Positions 51,918 through 64,000 of a DNA stretch of 64,000 nt are shown here, piece by piece. The notes under the pieces were generated by a model. It did no database searches, was not told the DNA's origin, and saw nothing but the letters and a program-made list of their open reading frames with translations. Every line of letters starts with the position of its first letter. Position 1 is the first letter of the stretch. A program made the position numbers and the translations under genes. The stretch is from Octopus vulgaris (taxonomy: Eukaryota), in assembly GCA_951406725.2 (NCBI GenBank), contig OX597815.1, positions 34,038,001 to 34,102,000 of the forward strand. The letters are read 5' to 3'.

Positions 51918-53253
51918 AGTCAGTGTTGTGTTTGGCACTGAAGCTGTCAAAACGTACATTTGAAGCCGTCTTGAATTGAAGAATTTTGAAGCTCAGTTGT
52001 AAGGTAAGACTTTTGTTTTATGGGTCCAGTGGAGGTTTGTTGTTTGCGGCAATTATTTTTGTACAAGCAAGAAGTCCTCACTGGATTCTAAACTCTAGTC
52101 TGCCTGCAGTGGAGTGAACATTTTTTCTCACTTAATTGTGAGAATTATTGTTTGGGGGCGTATCCCGATTCCAAAATAGTGGTTCACGTTAAGTGAATGT
52201 TTTTTCTCACTTAATTGTGAGAATTGTTGCTTGGGGGCGTATCGTGCCTCCTAAAAATTTGTTCACGTTCTGTGAATTTCAAAAATAATTGTGAGAATTG
52301 CTGTTTTGGGGGAGCGTCTTTTTACCTCTGAAGATTGAACGACTCGTACAGCAGTCTTTGTGGAAGTTGTGGTCCAGTTGCGACGTTCAGGGTTTGACCT
52401 TGGCCGGGAGTACCTAGTGGCCGGAAGAGATTTTTTTGCTGTTTTTGAATTATTGACTTTCTTTCTTCTAAAACTTTTTTTGACTTTCTTTTTTCGTGAA
52501 TTGTTTCCTTTTCTTCCTTCCGATTTTTTGTGACTTTCTTGTGAATTCTTTCTTTTTCAGTTTTATTTTGAACTATTTTTTAACTGTTAATACAAAAAAA
52601 CAAACAAAAAAAACATGGCAATGAAAAAAGACAATGTTTTGGAGTGGGAAATTATACCACCCAAACAGTGGTTAAAAGACCGTGAAGAGAGGACGGTGGT
52701 GTTGAGGACTTACTCCAAGTCGCTGGACACCATCGTCCTATTTGAAAAGACTGTAATTGAAAAGGAGTTGGCAGAGTATCTGCCAACTATTAAATTCATT
52801 TCCAGTGGGGTCAAATACGCAACGCTGTGGTTGCTATTTGACACCTCAGAAGAGGCTCGCAAATTTGCGAGCCAGCCCTAAGAGGGCAAAGAAATTTTGT
52901 TTTTTCTCACGTATTGTGGGAAGAGGTTGACAAAAGCTTGGGTCTGCGGGTTGCCACCCGGGATAAAACCCGAATGAATAGCGGAGACTATCCGCAGAGG
53001 ACTGGGTGGCAGCGGCGCCGATCTCCTTAATGTGAAAATTCTTCCAGCGGCTGATTGGGTTGGGTTAAAAGCTGTTTTGACCTTGTGGACCCAATCATCC
53101 ATGAATCTGGTTTTTCTATACTTTTTGATTCTTGAGGGTCACCCCCACCAGGTATCATCGGTGCCTGGAGCCTGGACATATAAAGAAAAACTGTCTCCAG
53201 GAACAAAGTAAAGTCCTGGAACAGTTGGTTGAGGCCGTTGTAGATGAGGGAAC
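51918..53253 (+). mobile_element. 5' UTR and disrupted ORF1 of a Tx1/L1-like LINE
   Basis: ATG at 52615; frame continues through stops to AWVCGLPPGIKPE*IAETI; zinc-knuckle remnant YHRCLEPGHIKKNC at 53153-53194. Confidence 0.6.
52114..52340 (+). repeat. Three tandem ~79 bp structured repeats
   Basis: Units at 52114, 52193 and 52272, each gtgaa...taattgtgagaatt...tggggg. Confidence 0.85.
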
Positions 53254-53255
53254 GA

Positions 53256-53460
53256 AGGCGGTGAGCTGGCAGAAATGTTAGCAACCCGGGCGAAATGCTT
53301 AGCGGTATTTCGTCTGTCGTTACGTTCTGAGTTCAAATTCTGCCGAGGTCGACTTCGCCTTTCATCCTTTCGGGGTCAATAAATAAAGTACCAGTTAATA
53401 CCTTTGTCTGTCCTTGTTTGACCCCTCTATATTTAGCCCCTTGTGGGCAATAAAGAAATA
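53256..53460 (+). mobile_element. SINE family A
   Basis: Consensus match. Confidence 0.9.
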
Positions 53461-55789
53461 TATATGAAAGACTATTGCTGGAAAGTAAAATGACTAGACA
53501 TAGTGATCTGAATCAGAGAAATAAGAGAGTATATAATCGTAGAAAGCATTTGTTCAGTGGAACCTATCATTATGATAAAGATAAAAGAGTATATCTTTGT
53601 GATCTAATGAGAAATCTGAATATACTCTTGTCAACTACAGATTTAAATTTTTACCTACGCTTGTACGTACACCTGGTTACATAACTACCTGCCTCAATCC
53701 CAATCCTGAGGAACTAGGTTTCACAAAATTAGAAAGGATACTCTTAATTAAGAAATTATAATTATGGTTCAATAATTGAACTGAAGATAAGGGATTTAGC
53801 TTGTAGTGAGTACATTTGCATATGAATAGACCTGTAAACACGAACACATAAATATTTATGTTTATATACATACCTAGATGCACACATATACATACATACA
53901 CTGATAGCAATACCACCAGTACCGACACCAACAGTACTACCAAATCCCAAATGGCATAAGTATTCTTCTAGCTTCACCTTTCTTCTCATTTAAATCGAGA
54001 ATTATTCTTGTGCTATAAAACAGCCCGTGAAAATCCTTCTACAGGCAACGGAAAAGCGTTGAAAAATTATTGCGACATAATCAACCCGCAAAAGCATTTC
54101 ACGGCTTCGACAGCAAGCAGCTTTCGTTGCTCGGAAATGGCTATCACAGACAACAATTGTTTTTTCTAACTCCTGTGTTGTTACTCTATTTTCTGAAGAG
54201 AATCAAAACCACTCTGTAGAAGAGAGCAAATAAACAGTAAACCAGCTATCGACTTCATCGCCATCAGTATCACTGTTACTCAACACCTGTGGGTCTCATA
54301 AAACCAACTCGATATATCTGACTGTAGAATTTGCACAGCTCAAAAACGATTTAAAACCACGCTTGGAGAAGAATTTTTTCCAATTCCTGAGTGTCGTGTT
54401 TAAAAAACAGCAGCAGGGAAAAAAACGCCACCAAAAAGGAAAAAGAAAATACAGCCGCTCTGAAAGTTGAATGTTATTTACGATATGGCTGGAAACATAT
54501 ATGAAAATATGCAACAAAAGTACTGGATAATCAATAATACTTTCTTGTATACAGCTGCTATCACTCAAGAAGAACACCTAGGAGATATCTGCAGTGTACA
54601 TGGTAATGAAATAATGGAAGCAACCTAAATGGATAACGAAACTAGAAGAAAACATCAACAACCTGCGCCACTGAATTCAGACACTTAAATACCATCGTAA
54701 GGTGTAAGGTGAACAGTAAGTTCGCAAGACATAAACCACATCCTAGGGGAAAAATGAGTAAAAAGTAGAGAGATTCTGTACACCAAACTTTTGAGAAGAA
54801 ATTAATCACTTTCAAACACGAATCAATGACGCTGAGCGAAAAATTTTGTTATCGGAGAAAGAGAAAAAGAGAGAAAACTTCAATGGGGCTAACATTAAGC
54901 ACAGATACCTTCTACTATACAAGATGTATGCCGAAAGATAAAGTGAAAGAATAGCTATGTGAAAAGATGGTCTTTCATAGGAAAAACTTTAAATCTTTTT
55001 AGTATAAAGTTCTGCGATGTGTAAAAGGGATTTCATAAAGAATGCATCAGAGTAGCTTTACACTGTCAACATCAACAGTAAAACGTACACAATTAACTTC
55101 AAATTTTTTTTACTAGAGCTGTGTGAAAGCTGTAGCACCATAGATAGACCTGGAACCATAGACAGACGTACGAGTTGGATATAGGTACAAGATATCGACA
55201 TTCTACAAAAAGTCACTATGTATATCTGAAAGAACTACTGTAGTCCAGGCTGAAACAGTAAATTCTAATGTCCATTTAAATAGTAATGACAAATCTTGTA
55301 GCCCGGAATGGAAACACTAAATTGGCAGAAAACTGAAAACCGATTTCTTGCTTAAACATTATGTATAAACTTAATATAAACTGTCTCGACCGATTCTTCA
55401 AAGAACACTACGTGTTCAAAATAGCAATGATGGAATTCAAAGGCAAGGAGGAAGAAATATTGTTTCGAAACGTGTCGAGCAACTTGTGATAATTAAAGCT
55501 TGGTTGTCTGAAGTAAGGAAATATAGATGAAATTTTGTGACAAAATGACTAGATTGCAGAACACGATTTAATTCTGTTTTCCACACAAGTAATGGTAAAA
55601 GTACTCGCTACCTTAGCTGCTGCCATTAAAATGCTCACACACATGTGGTTAACTATCCCCATCCTTGTAACTGAAAACAGAACGATTGCCTCCGCTATTA
55701 GAAATCGTTTCAAAAGGAATCAACCAGTCTGTGACTCTGCTTAACTTTTGATATTAAATCGACTGTCATTTCTTTAACAGAAATTCAAA

Positions 55790-56003
55790 GGGGGTCGGTT
55801 GGCAGAATCATTAATGCATTGGACAAAATGTGTCGCAGCGTTTCTTCCGACTTTGCATTCTGTGTATAAATGCTACCGGGGTCGACCGTGTCTTTCATCT
55901 TCTCGGGGTTGATAAAGTAAATACTAGTTGAACACTGGATCCAATGTAATCGACTAGACCCTTCCTACGAAATTGCTGGTCCTGTGCCAAAATTTGAAAC
56001 CAA
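55790..56003 (+). mobile_element. SINE family A, old copy
   Basis: ttggcagaatcattaatgc...gtctttcatcttctcggggttgataaa...tgtgccaaaatttgaaacc. Confidence 0.7.
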
Positions 56004-56626
56004 TATTTTTATAATTCAACAGGATACAAATTAGCGAAGAAATGGTATAATCAATGTATATATCTCGGTACTTGACTGACACTTGTTTTATCGCCCTGTA
56101 GGAGGATAAAATGTATAATCCATTTTCACTTAGAACGTACTGGTATCTGCCTAAGTGCCTGAAAGCATTTTATCCAGCAATCTACTATTTCTAAAACTCC
56201 ACCTTCTCAATACCAATATTAATAATAATGATATCTAACATAGACATAAAGGCAGGCATTTTTTGAGATGAAGCATCTGATCCCAGAAACTGACTGCTAC
56301 GTATTTTTTCGACTCTCAGAAGGATTAAACACAAAATCAACTTCGGTGGGATTTCAAGTCAGAAGGCAAAGAAATGTTATCGCATTTGTACCGATTCTGC
56401 AGAAGAATTTTGATTATACATGGTACCACTGGGGTGAGAGCACCACGACAATAAGTAAGTTTTAAGTGAAGTGGTTGAAACCATTCTCGGTTGAAACCAT
56501 TTAATTTCACTTAGGATTCTAATGTAATGCATTTCGATGAGCTATGGACATTATATCTTTTCATTCTTTTACTCGAAAAGGTTCTTAGTTCAAAGAATCT
56601 TATAATAATTCTGCTTGCCACCCGTT

Positions 56627-57123
56627 ACTTAGCCCGTCCGTAACGCTTCCACGTGATTAGTTGAAGGGGAGATTAGATGAGGATGGGAGGGGAGGGGTGA
56701 GGGAGAGGGGTGGAAGAGGTGGTAATGGTGAGTGAAGTGCGTAATCTTTTCTGAACTAAGTATTTTTTTCCTCTGTTGCTTAGCCAGTCTGTAACGCTTT
56801 CACGTGACTAGTTGAAGGGAAAGGCGAAGAGCGAAAGAAAAAGGAGACAGAAGAAGAGAGAAAGGTGAAGAGTGAGAGAGAAAGAGGGAGAGTACTGTGT
56901 ATTAAGTCTCTAAAATTGTGCATAAAGTATATAAAGTGTATATATAAAGTGCGATAAGTAATCATCGTTTTCTAGTTTCCTTCACTTTTCAATGATTAGA
57001 TGAGCGACCATCTTTTGATACAGACACAACTCAGGTTATGCTTTCAGGTTTTTTGGACAAAACTTTCTGAAATAACTCAATAAATTTACCATTCATTCCG
57101 TGAAATATTCACGGGTCCGCTAG
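56627..57123 (+). mobile_element. Helitron-like 3' region (hairpin + CTAG) with internal 42 bp direct repeats; 5' boundary uncertain
   Basis: ccgtgaaatattcacgg hairpin, then ccgCTAG|T at 57120-57123; repeats at 56629 and 56780. Confidence 0.5.
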
Positions 57124-57397
57124 TTATTATAATTATGAATCAGTGAAGATTTCTGGTCAGTCTTCTGGCAACATTCAGATTTTTGTATCTATTAATTTTT
57201 TTCAGCCTTTCTTTAAGTCCTTTGGTAAATGGATTGCTTGTACGTGAACCTGAAAAAGTACAGGTATATCAACCATGGGACGAAATACGTCAAGGAAAAC
57301 CCATATGATCGTTCTATATGCAAGAAATAACAGCCAGATCTTTCTCAAAACTAATCTTGCTATTTTGTAAAGATAATATAATCCTGGATATAGAATA

Positions 57398-57797
57398 CTC
57401 TTACTCTTTACTCTTTTACTTGCTTCAGTCATTTGACTGCGGCCATGCTGGAGCAACTCGACCCCGGGACTTATTCTTTGTAAGCCCAGTACTTATTCTA
57501 TCGGTCTCTTTTGCCGAACCGCTAATTGACGGGGACATAAACACACTAGCATCGGTTGTCAAGCAATGCTAAGGGGACAAACACAGACACACAAACATAC
57601 ATGCACACACACACATATATATATACATATATACGACGGGCTTCTTTCAGTTTCCGTCTACCAAATCCACTCTCAAGGCTTTGGTCGGCCCGAGGCTATA
57701 GTAGAAGACACTTGCCAAAGGTGCCACGCAGTGGGACTGAACCCGGAATCATGTGGTTGGTAAGTAAGCTACTTACCACATAGCCACTCCTACGCCT
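57398..57797 (-). mobile_element. SINE family B
   Basis: Reverse complement of the consensus. Confidence 0.9.
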
Positions 57798-58339
57798 GAA
57801 ATAAATGATGGAATGGGCATGGCCGGAATCCTATGTCTGCTTGATCAGAGATGAGTGAGAGCTTAACAACAGGAACAACAATCATGTGTGTAGCAGTGAC
57901 ATATTAAGATCTTGTCAAAAAGATAGCGAACTTTATATTTATCAATAATGAGTTTGCATTTTGAAAAACAGGAATTGTAAGAAATTTTACTTCTCATACA
58001 GTGTTGAAGTACTTTAAGAAAAGGCATGAATATCACATAGTCTCATTCCTTCTCAAAATATCTCAGGTTGTGATCCTAAGTTAAGATACGAATATTATAT
58101 GGCACAGTTTATTGGAGGTTCTGTCGAGTTAGAGGTCATCTCTCCTCGAATGGAAACCACCAATTTCAACGTCTGATAAAGTCAGCGATACTGCTAACAT
58201 TTGAGAAAAGCATATCCCAATCGGGGGAGAATTTTGACTCTGGAAGGCCATACGCCATGGAATCATGCTGAAAATAAAGAAAATAACAAGAAAATCTAGT
58301 AAGAATTGATATTTAAACAAAACTATAAAAAATTATGTG

Positions 58340-58730
58340 TGGGTGTGGCTGTGTGGTACGAGGTTTACTTCCCAACCACATGGTATCATTGCGTGGCACC
58401 TTGGGCCAGTGCGGGCAAGTGCCTTCTATTATAGCTTCGGGTCGACCAAAGCCTTGTAGGTGGATTTGGTAATTGGAAACTGAAAGAAGCCCTGTGTATG
58501 TGTATGTGTATGTGTATGTGTGTGTGGTTGTTTCCCACCATAACCGCTAGACAACCAGTGTTGATGTGTTTGTGTCTCCGTAACTTAGTGGCTGAACAAA
58601 AACGAACGATAGACTATGTACCAGGCTTTAAAAGAAAATAACTCCTGAGGTTGATTAGTTCGACTAAAATTCGTGATGGCGGTACCCCAGCATGGCTGCA
58701 GTTTAATGACTGAAACAAGTAAAAGATAAA
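58340..58730 (+). mobile_element. SINE family B, diverged
   Basis: gtggctgtgtggta...ccccagcatggctgcagtttaatgactgaaacaagtaaaaga. Confidence 0.85.
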
Positions 58731-59967
58731 AAAATACTACAAACTTGTGTAACTAACGATGTGTAACATGGTCACAGGTTTATGGTGGATGAAATCGTCG
58801 ATAAAATCGATACCCATCCAGTTTTTGCTTAGTATTTTATTTATCGACCCAGAAAGATGACGGGTTAAAATTGATCTCGGCAGCATTTGAACTCAGAACG
58901 TAAGAGACTGGAATAACTACTACATGGTATTTTGTTCGATGGTCTAATGACTTTGCCCACCTACCTCCCTAAATTTATTGGAAAATGAACTGTTGAGTCT
59001 ATTTCGTTAATGTTACTTATTAATTTGGCTAATTGGGTTAAATTATCATTTAAATATAAATTATGATAAAATATTAACGAATGAAAAATGTATAACATTT
59101 TGAGAGGCTCCTTCAAAGTTTAGTTTATTCCTAAATTCAGTCCAGGTCACACGGCTTCCTTTACTCACCGCCCCATAATTATAAAACTTTTATTCATTAT
59201 GAAAAAGAAGCTACGGTATAAATATTAATTTATGGCTCTATTGACTTCGTCTGTTTTCCGTTTTTGTTTGTCTAATTAACTTTCTTCGAAACGACGTTAA
59301 TAAACTCTTTCTTGGCTAGAATATTTCAAGGTTCGTGCCTCATAATATAGAACTTTCTCAATACTCAATTACACGTTCTTCAGCCTTCATTAGCTCTTCC
59401 ACCTCTGACAGCACCAACCCTACGCACAGGGAACTCATTTCATCCGAAACCCATTATATGACATCCCAAAAGCTATTAAGCTTAACCACATGGAAAATAA
59501 CATCTAATTTAATCTCTAAAGGGACCTCGAAACCTTGCCTGTGGAATGGTTAATATTTAGCTGCGCGTTGAGCAGTGAGTTAGCAGTAAAACTATTTAGT
59601 TCATATATAAATAAGAATGTGCTGAAGTTAATTCCACCAATTATACTTCCTCCTTACAGAAAATGATTTATTTTTCCCATTTAAATCTAGAATTATTCTT
59701 GTGCTAATAAAACAGCCCGTGAAAATCCTTCTACAGGCAACGTAAATGCGCTGAGAAACTACTAATGTATTCGAGAAAGGCATAAACGTAATTTAATATC
59801 ATTCCACACTGCAAAAGCTCTATTTCAAGTTTTCCATGAGAAATTATTTTAGCACAACACTGCAAACTTATACAGAATCTCGTAGTACTTAGGGTTTGTA
59901 AGTTAAATATGATTGTCATAGTCAGTGCAGTTCTAATGAGAACGCCCAATTCTAGATTTCTTATCCG

Positions 59968-60225
59968 ACTAAGTTAAGTTAATTTTTTTGTCTCAAAAAG
60001 CAAAAAGCAAGGCCATGTAGGGGGACATGGAGTTATGTACAGGGAGGGTGTTCATGCAAAGAGTTCAGGCCATTTCTAGTCAAGAGAGACTTTGAACCGA
60101 GCGGTCGTCGGCATCTTCACTATCTCGTCCAGCAGCTTATCCACGGATCCGTAACCCGGACAGAGAAAGCCCCTCTTCTTCGATTGAGATGAAATCGTCG
60201 GCCAACTCTTTAACGAATTGTCCGG
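59968..60225 (-). mobile_element. 3' end of a CR1-like LINE
   Basis: Minus strand RRRGAFSVRVTDPW.KLLDEIVKMPTTARFKVSLD*KWPELFA*, with a short-repeat tail (taact). Confidence 0.7.
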
Positions 60226-60692
60226 TCGTGAATCAAGTATATATCTTTTCCACAAAGATTATGATGGAATATTATCATACAGAAAGAAACTGATACACGA
60301 GCTGCCCATACCACTATATAATAAAATGTTATTTAAGACGCTTTTAGCTTCCATTTTGTGGATCCGAACCTGCAAAAGAAGCTGTCCATGTTAAAGAATT
60401 GTCTACTGGATCCGAAGAATGCTCTTTGGAACATGTAATCGTTGATGAAATCTCAAAGCAGAAATTTTAGTTTTCGTTACGTTCGTGTGATATATGTTAC
60501 AGCTAGACATTAGTAGACCTGTGTACTACACATCTTCAACGTAGGCTGTTTAGACACTGCAGATAAGTCGACATTATACAGGCATCGGTTTTTCTGTAAT
60601 ATCAGAAGTAACTAAATTGAAATTGTTAACGAGATGCCTGCTCCATTTGAAATTTCTTGCTTTATACTGACAGTAAAGGGATGGATATCATA

Positions 60693-61087
60693 ATCTCTCT
60701 CTATATAAAGCTGAAGTTGTCTGTGTATGGCAGGTTTAGTAGCCTTCAACTAATACTATCTCCTCCGAGACCTTGCGGCGCAAGTTGACCAAAATTGAGA
60801 GTATGATAGAAGAAGGTTTGCTCTTCTTTCCGTTGAATAAAAATTTCAAATCGGACCATGTTAACACCAAAAATTATTTACATCAAAAAGGTGCATTTTT
60901 GCTATGAAACTTCCTATTTTTTTACGATTTTTTGACTGCTGTGTCGCCATTTTTCGGTGTATTTCAACCAGAAAAATGTTCACTTAAAGAGAATGACAAG
61001 CTACATAATGCAAAATTTTTACTTTTCAAAAACTCCAATTCTAAAGGGTCGAAACAAACCCGAGCAACGCTGGGCGATACTGTTAGT
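60693..61087 (+). mobile_element. Non-autonomous Helitron-like element related to the 2273-3513 array
   Basis: A|TCtctctctatataaagctgaagttgt start; end acaaacccgagcaacgctgggcgatactgttag|t; interior differs from the array. Confidence 0.75.
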
Positions 61088-61519
61088 TCGTATTAAAAAT
61101 ATCATTTGGTCTAAAGAGGGTGGTAAGAGTAATGAATTAATAGAATCAGTAGCGTGATCGAAAGAAAAAAAACAAATGTTTTGTAATATTTAGTCATGTT
61201 CCTAGATGCTTTGTGTTCAAATCTTGCAGAGATGATTTTTGCGTTTTTATTCTCATGAGATCAATAAAATAAGATCTAATAGACTATACTACCATCACCA
61301 AATTTACAGGTACTACCAGACTGACGAGTCGATGTAGTCGATATATTATCACGCTAGACGTATCAGTTAATCATATAGACACGCTTCAACGATTTTATAT
61401 TTGTACATTATGTAAATATGTATAAATGTAAAATTTTATAATTGAAAGTAATCCAAGATTATACTTATTGAAGAGCTAAATGTGTACCATAAATGTAAAA
61501 AGAAAAAAAAAGAGAATGA

Positions 61520-62800
61520 AGCTATTTAAATTCAATAGACAAAACAATATATTTCCTCTCCATCGCCGTAATCTTCTCCACCGTATTCCCAAAGCTGCTT
61601 CTCCCGAAAGAAACATCTATTGTTATTAATCATCATTAATTCAACGTAGAGCTTTAACAATAGTTTAGTGTCATCACCCCAATTTAAACAATTCATGTAG
61701 AAATTAGGTCACCGAGCTAACTGAACTAGCAATCTACGAACAAGATATTCCCCATTAATATTATTTAGTTATAGTGACATTTCGTTTCCAATATATTTAG
61801 ATAATGATCTCATTAACTCCGACATCCTTTTTATAAATGGACACCAGAAGCCATATGGTGCAGACATTACATGCTGTATTTTATATTCAGTACTGTGAAA
61901 TACAGATACAGTGGATGTAGATGGATACACGATACTTCCAGTACAATGTTCCGACGATATCGGCCCTATATCACTCTCTAGAGATGAAATCACCAACTCC
62001 ATTTTGTACATCAACATGTTCCACTTGATATCTCTCTTGTCTTTCATAACCAGAATTAATAATTAGGTTAACGAACATTTCTATTCACTACGTGCGTAAT
62101 TCTTATTAACTGAAATTTCTTGTCTCACAACATTACGTATATCAGCCACCAAACTCCAATTGGCTTAAAGATTTCTCTACCGTTTCCTACAATTCAATCA
62201 CTTCGGTCGATACCTTCGATATTATTGGCAATTCTCAACTTTCTACCTCCGTCTATATCAAACCTAAAAGCTTATATTGTTACTAACACTGTATTAATTT
62301 CTCTAAATCTGTATTTTTCAATGGCCTCTATTCATTTTATGGCTTCTTATCAAAAATATTTTTTCAAATGATCTAACGACTTTATAACGATATATAAATT
62401 TATGCATCAAACTAAAAGTAAGAAAATGTGGAATTTTGAAAGATCCTGTGTAAGATTGTTACAATTTTAATTATTTCAGGTGTGAGAAATACGTCAAGAG
62501 TCTCTTTTCCTAAAACATGAATTAGGTACATCTAGGAAAACATGTATTAAAGTGTTTGAATCTAACAAAAATGTTGACAGTTAACAAATGTCAAGTGAGA
62601 ATGTCCAAACGATATTAACAGATCTTTATCTATCTTTAAAGATATCGAAGGTATCGACTGAAGTGATTAAATTGTAGGAAACGGTAGAGAATTCTTAAGC
62701 CAATTGGGGTGGGGTGGCTAATATAAGCAATCTGTCTAATTACCTCAACTGACCTTTTTCTCAATCCGAGTGACTTGGACTTAGAAATTTTGACACCAGT
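61520..62800 (-). mobile_element. Possible highly degenerate Gypsy-like LTR retrotransposon internal region
   Basis: PBS-like tggtgtcaaaa (reverse complement of 62788-62798); integrase-like SDIGP...YKIQHVMSAPY in ORF 61769-62047. Confidence 0.3.
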
Positions 62801-64000
62801 TCCTTCAGATTTTGCTTCTTCTCACATCACACAGTCCTCACACCATTCACGTCACTTCTCATTGATTTCCTCATCCTTTTCTACACATCAACCATCACCT
62901 CGCCACTCATTTGCTTTATACATTTTCTCTTTCACAAATTTGCATCATAAGCATCATACTGTACTTCTTTATATTCTCTCTCACACAGTCTCCCACTCTC
63001 TTTATCTTTCTCACACGCTCAAGATGGACAAGTGTCTCAGACGTTAGATTATTTCATTCAAGTCACCCCACCGAACTCTTCTATGAACTTTATTCACAGA
63101 AATCGCTGTTTCATTAGTCAAGCTAATTACTAATTAGACGATAGACACACGCCACATTCGCTATTTAATTTCCATAATATTTATAATTCAGAAGCTAAGT
63201 TAGTACAGCTCCTCAGTTTATCAGCTCGCTTCTGTATGTAATTATAACGATTTAGTATTGCTTTGCCGATGATTAATATTGTATCGTCATTTTTGTAATG
63301 GAAAATCATGTCAGACATACTACACGTCATCTGATTTTCACTTTGTCATTTTATAAGTCAGCTGGATGTTGATACAACTACCTCAAGACTTTTTCTACCA
63401 GCAACTGGCATCTGATGACAAGGCTTTTTACTGAGTCATTGTGTCTTCAATAATATTTTATCAGAGCTAGTGTGGGACGTCTGGATACATTGTGGGGTTG
63501 TATTTCAGAGAATACAACACACAGGTAACAGATTTTATCTAAATCAGAATTGTAAACGCTGTGGGACATTATATAGGGTAAGAATATAAGAAACATTCAA
63601 ATCTTATAGTAAAATGGATAACCCGGATGAATCAGGATTTTTCAAGAACGAGATTTGTTTCTTGTCTCAACCCAGATAAATGTTGCGGGTTAACTTTTGG
63701 TGCACTATGATCCAGTTTATAACAACAAAAATACTCTCGTTTAGCTACATCTTGTGTATCTTGTTTATAGATAAACGAAAAGAGTATGCGAGAAGCAACT
63801 CCGAAACACTGATTTAAGCTGTCAGAGAAGAGGAGAAAGCTACGGAGACGGCAACGGAATACAAGAAAAGAAAAAAAAAAACAGGAGCGAGAAAATAATG
63901 TGAGGAAAAGAACTATAGGATTAGCATTTCAGACGAACGTCGGGCGTCACAGCAGAGGAGTCTTGATTATGGCCGAAGAATAGCGACCGCAAGACTCATA

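Noticed and set aside
52114-52340. CRISPR-like array
   Set aside because: Units are repeated along their whole length with no unique spacers, the context is eukaryotic, and there are no cas genes.
56403-56454. Exon candidate with gtaagt donor
   Set aside because: The acceptor lies in decayed SINE sequence, and the phase-2 frame ends in a stop at the donor.
56686-56712. G-quadruplex-forming tract
   Set aside because: It is a low-complexity purine run inside a repeat, with no evidence of function.

Overview
AT-rich, repeat-dense animal genomic DNA. It is most likely an octopus or other coleoid cephalopod, judged from recalled tRNA-derived SINE families and the microsatellite load. Almost all ORFs in the supplied track are microsatellite or SINE artefacts. 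What I can support: (1) a long-intron, plus-strand protein-coding gene that I do not recognise, built from small phase-compatible exons (about 549-47408) encoding two hydrophobic segments, coiled-coil-like helices and an S/K-rich tail; (2) three tRNA-derived SINE families, an (AAT)n-embedded ~560 bp element, Helitron-like elements including a head-to-tail trimer, two mariner relics, and fragments of Dong/R4-like, CR1-like, RTE-like, Tx1/L1-like, Penelope-like and possibly Gypsy retroelements; (3) about ten minimal type I hammerhead-ribozyme-like motifs. Three of these sit in long fold-back insertions, and two carry a G3-C8 swap of the conserved C3-G8 core pair. All calls were read by eye. Coordinates of degenerate repeats are approximate and no database search was run.
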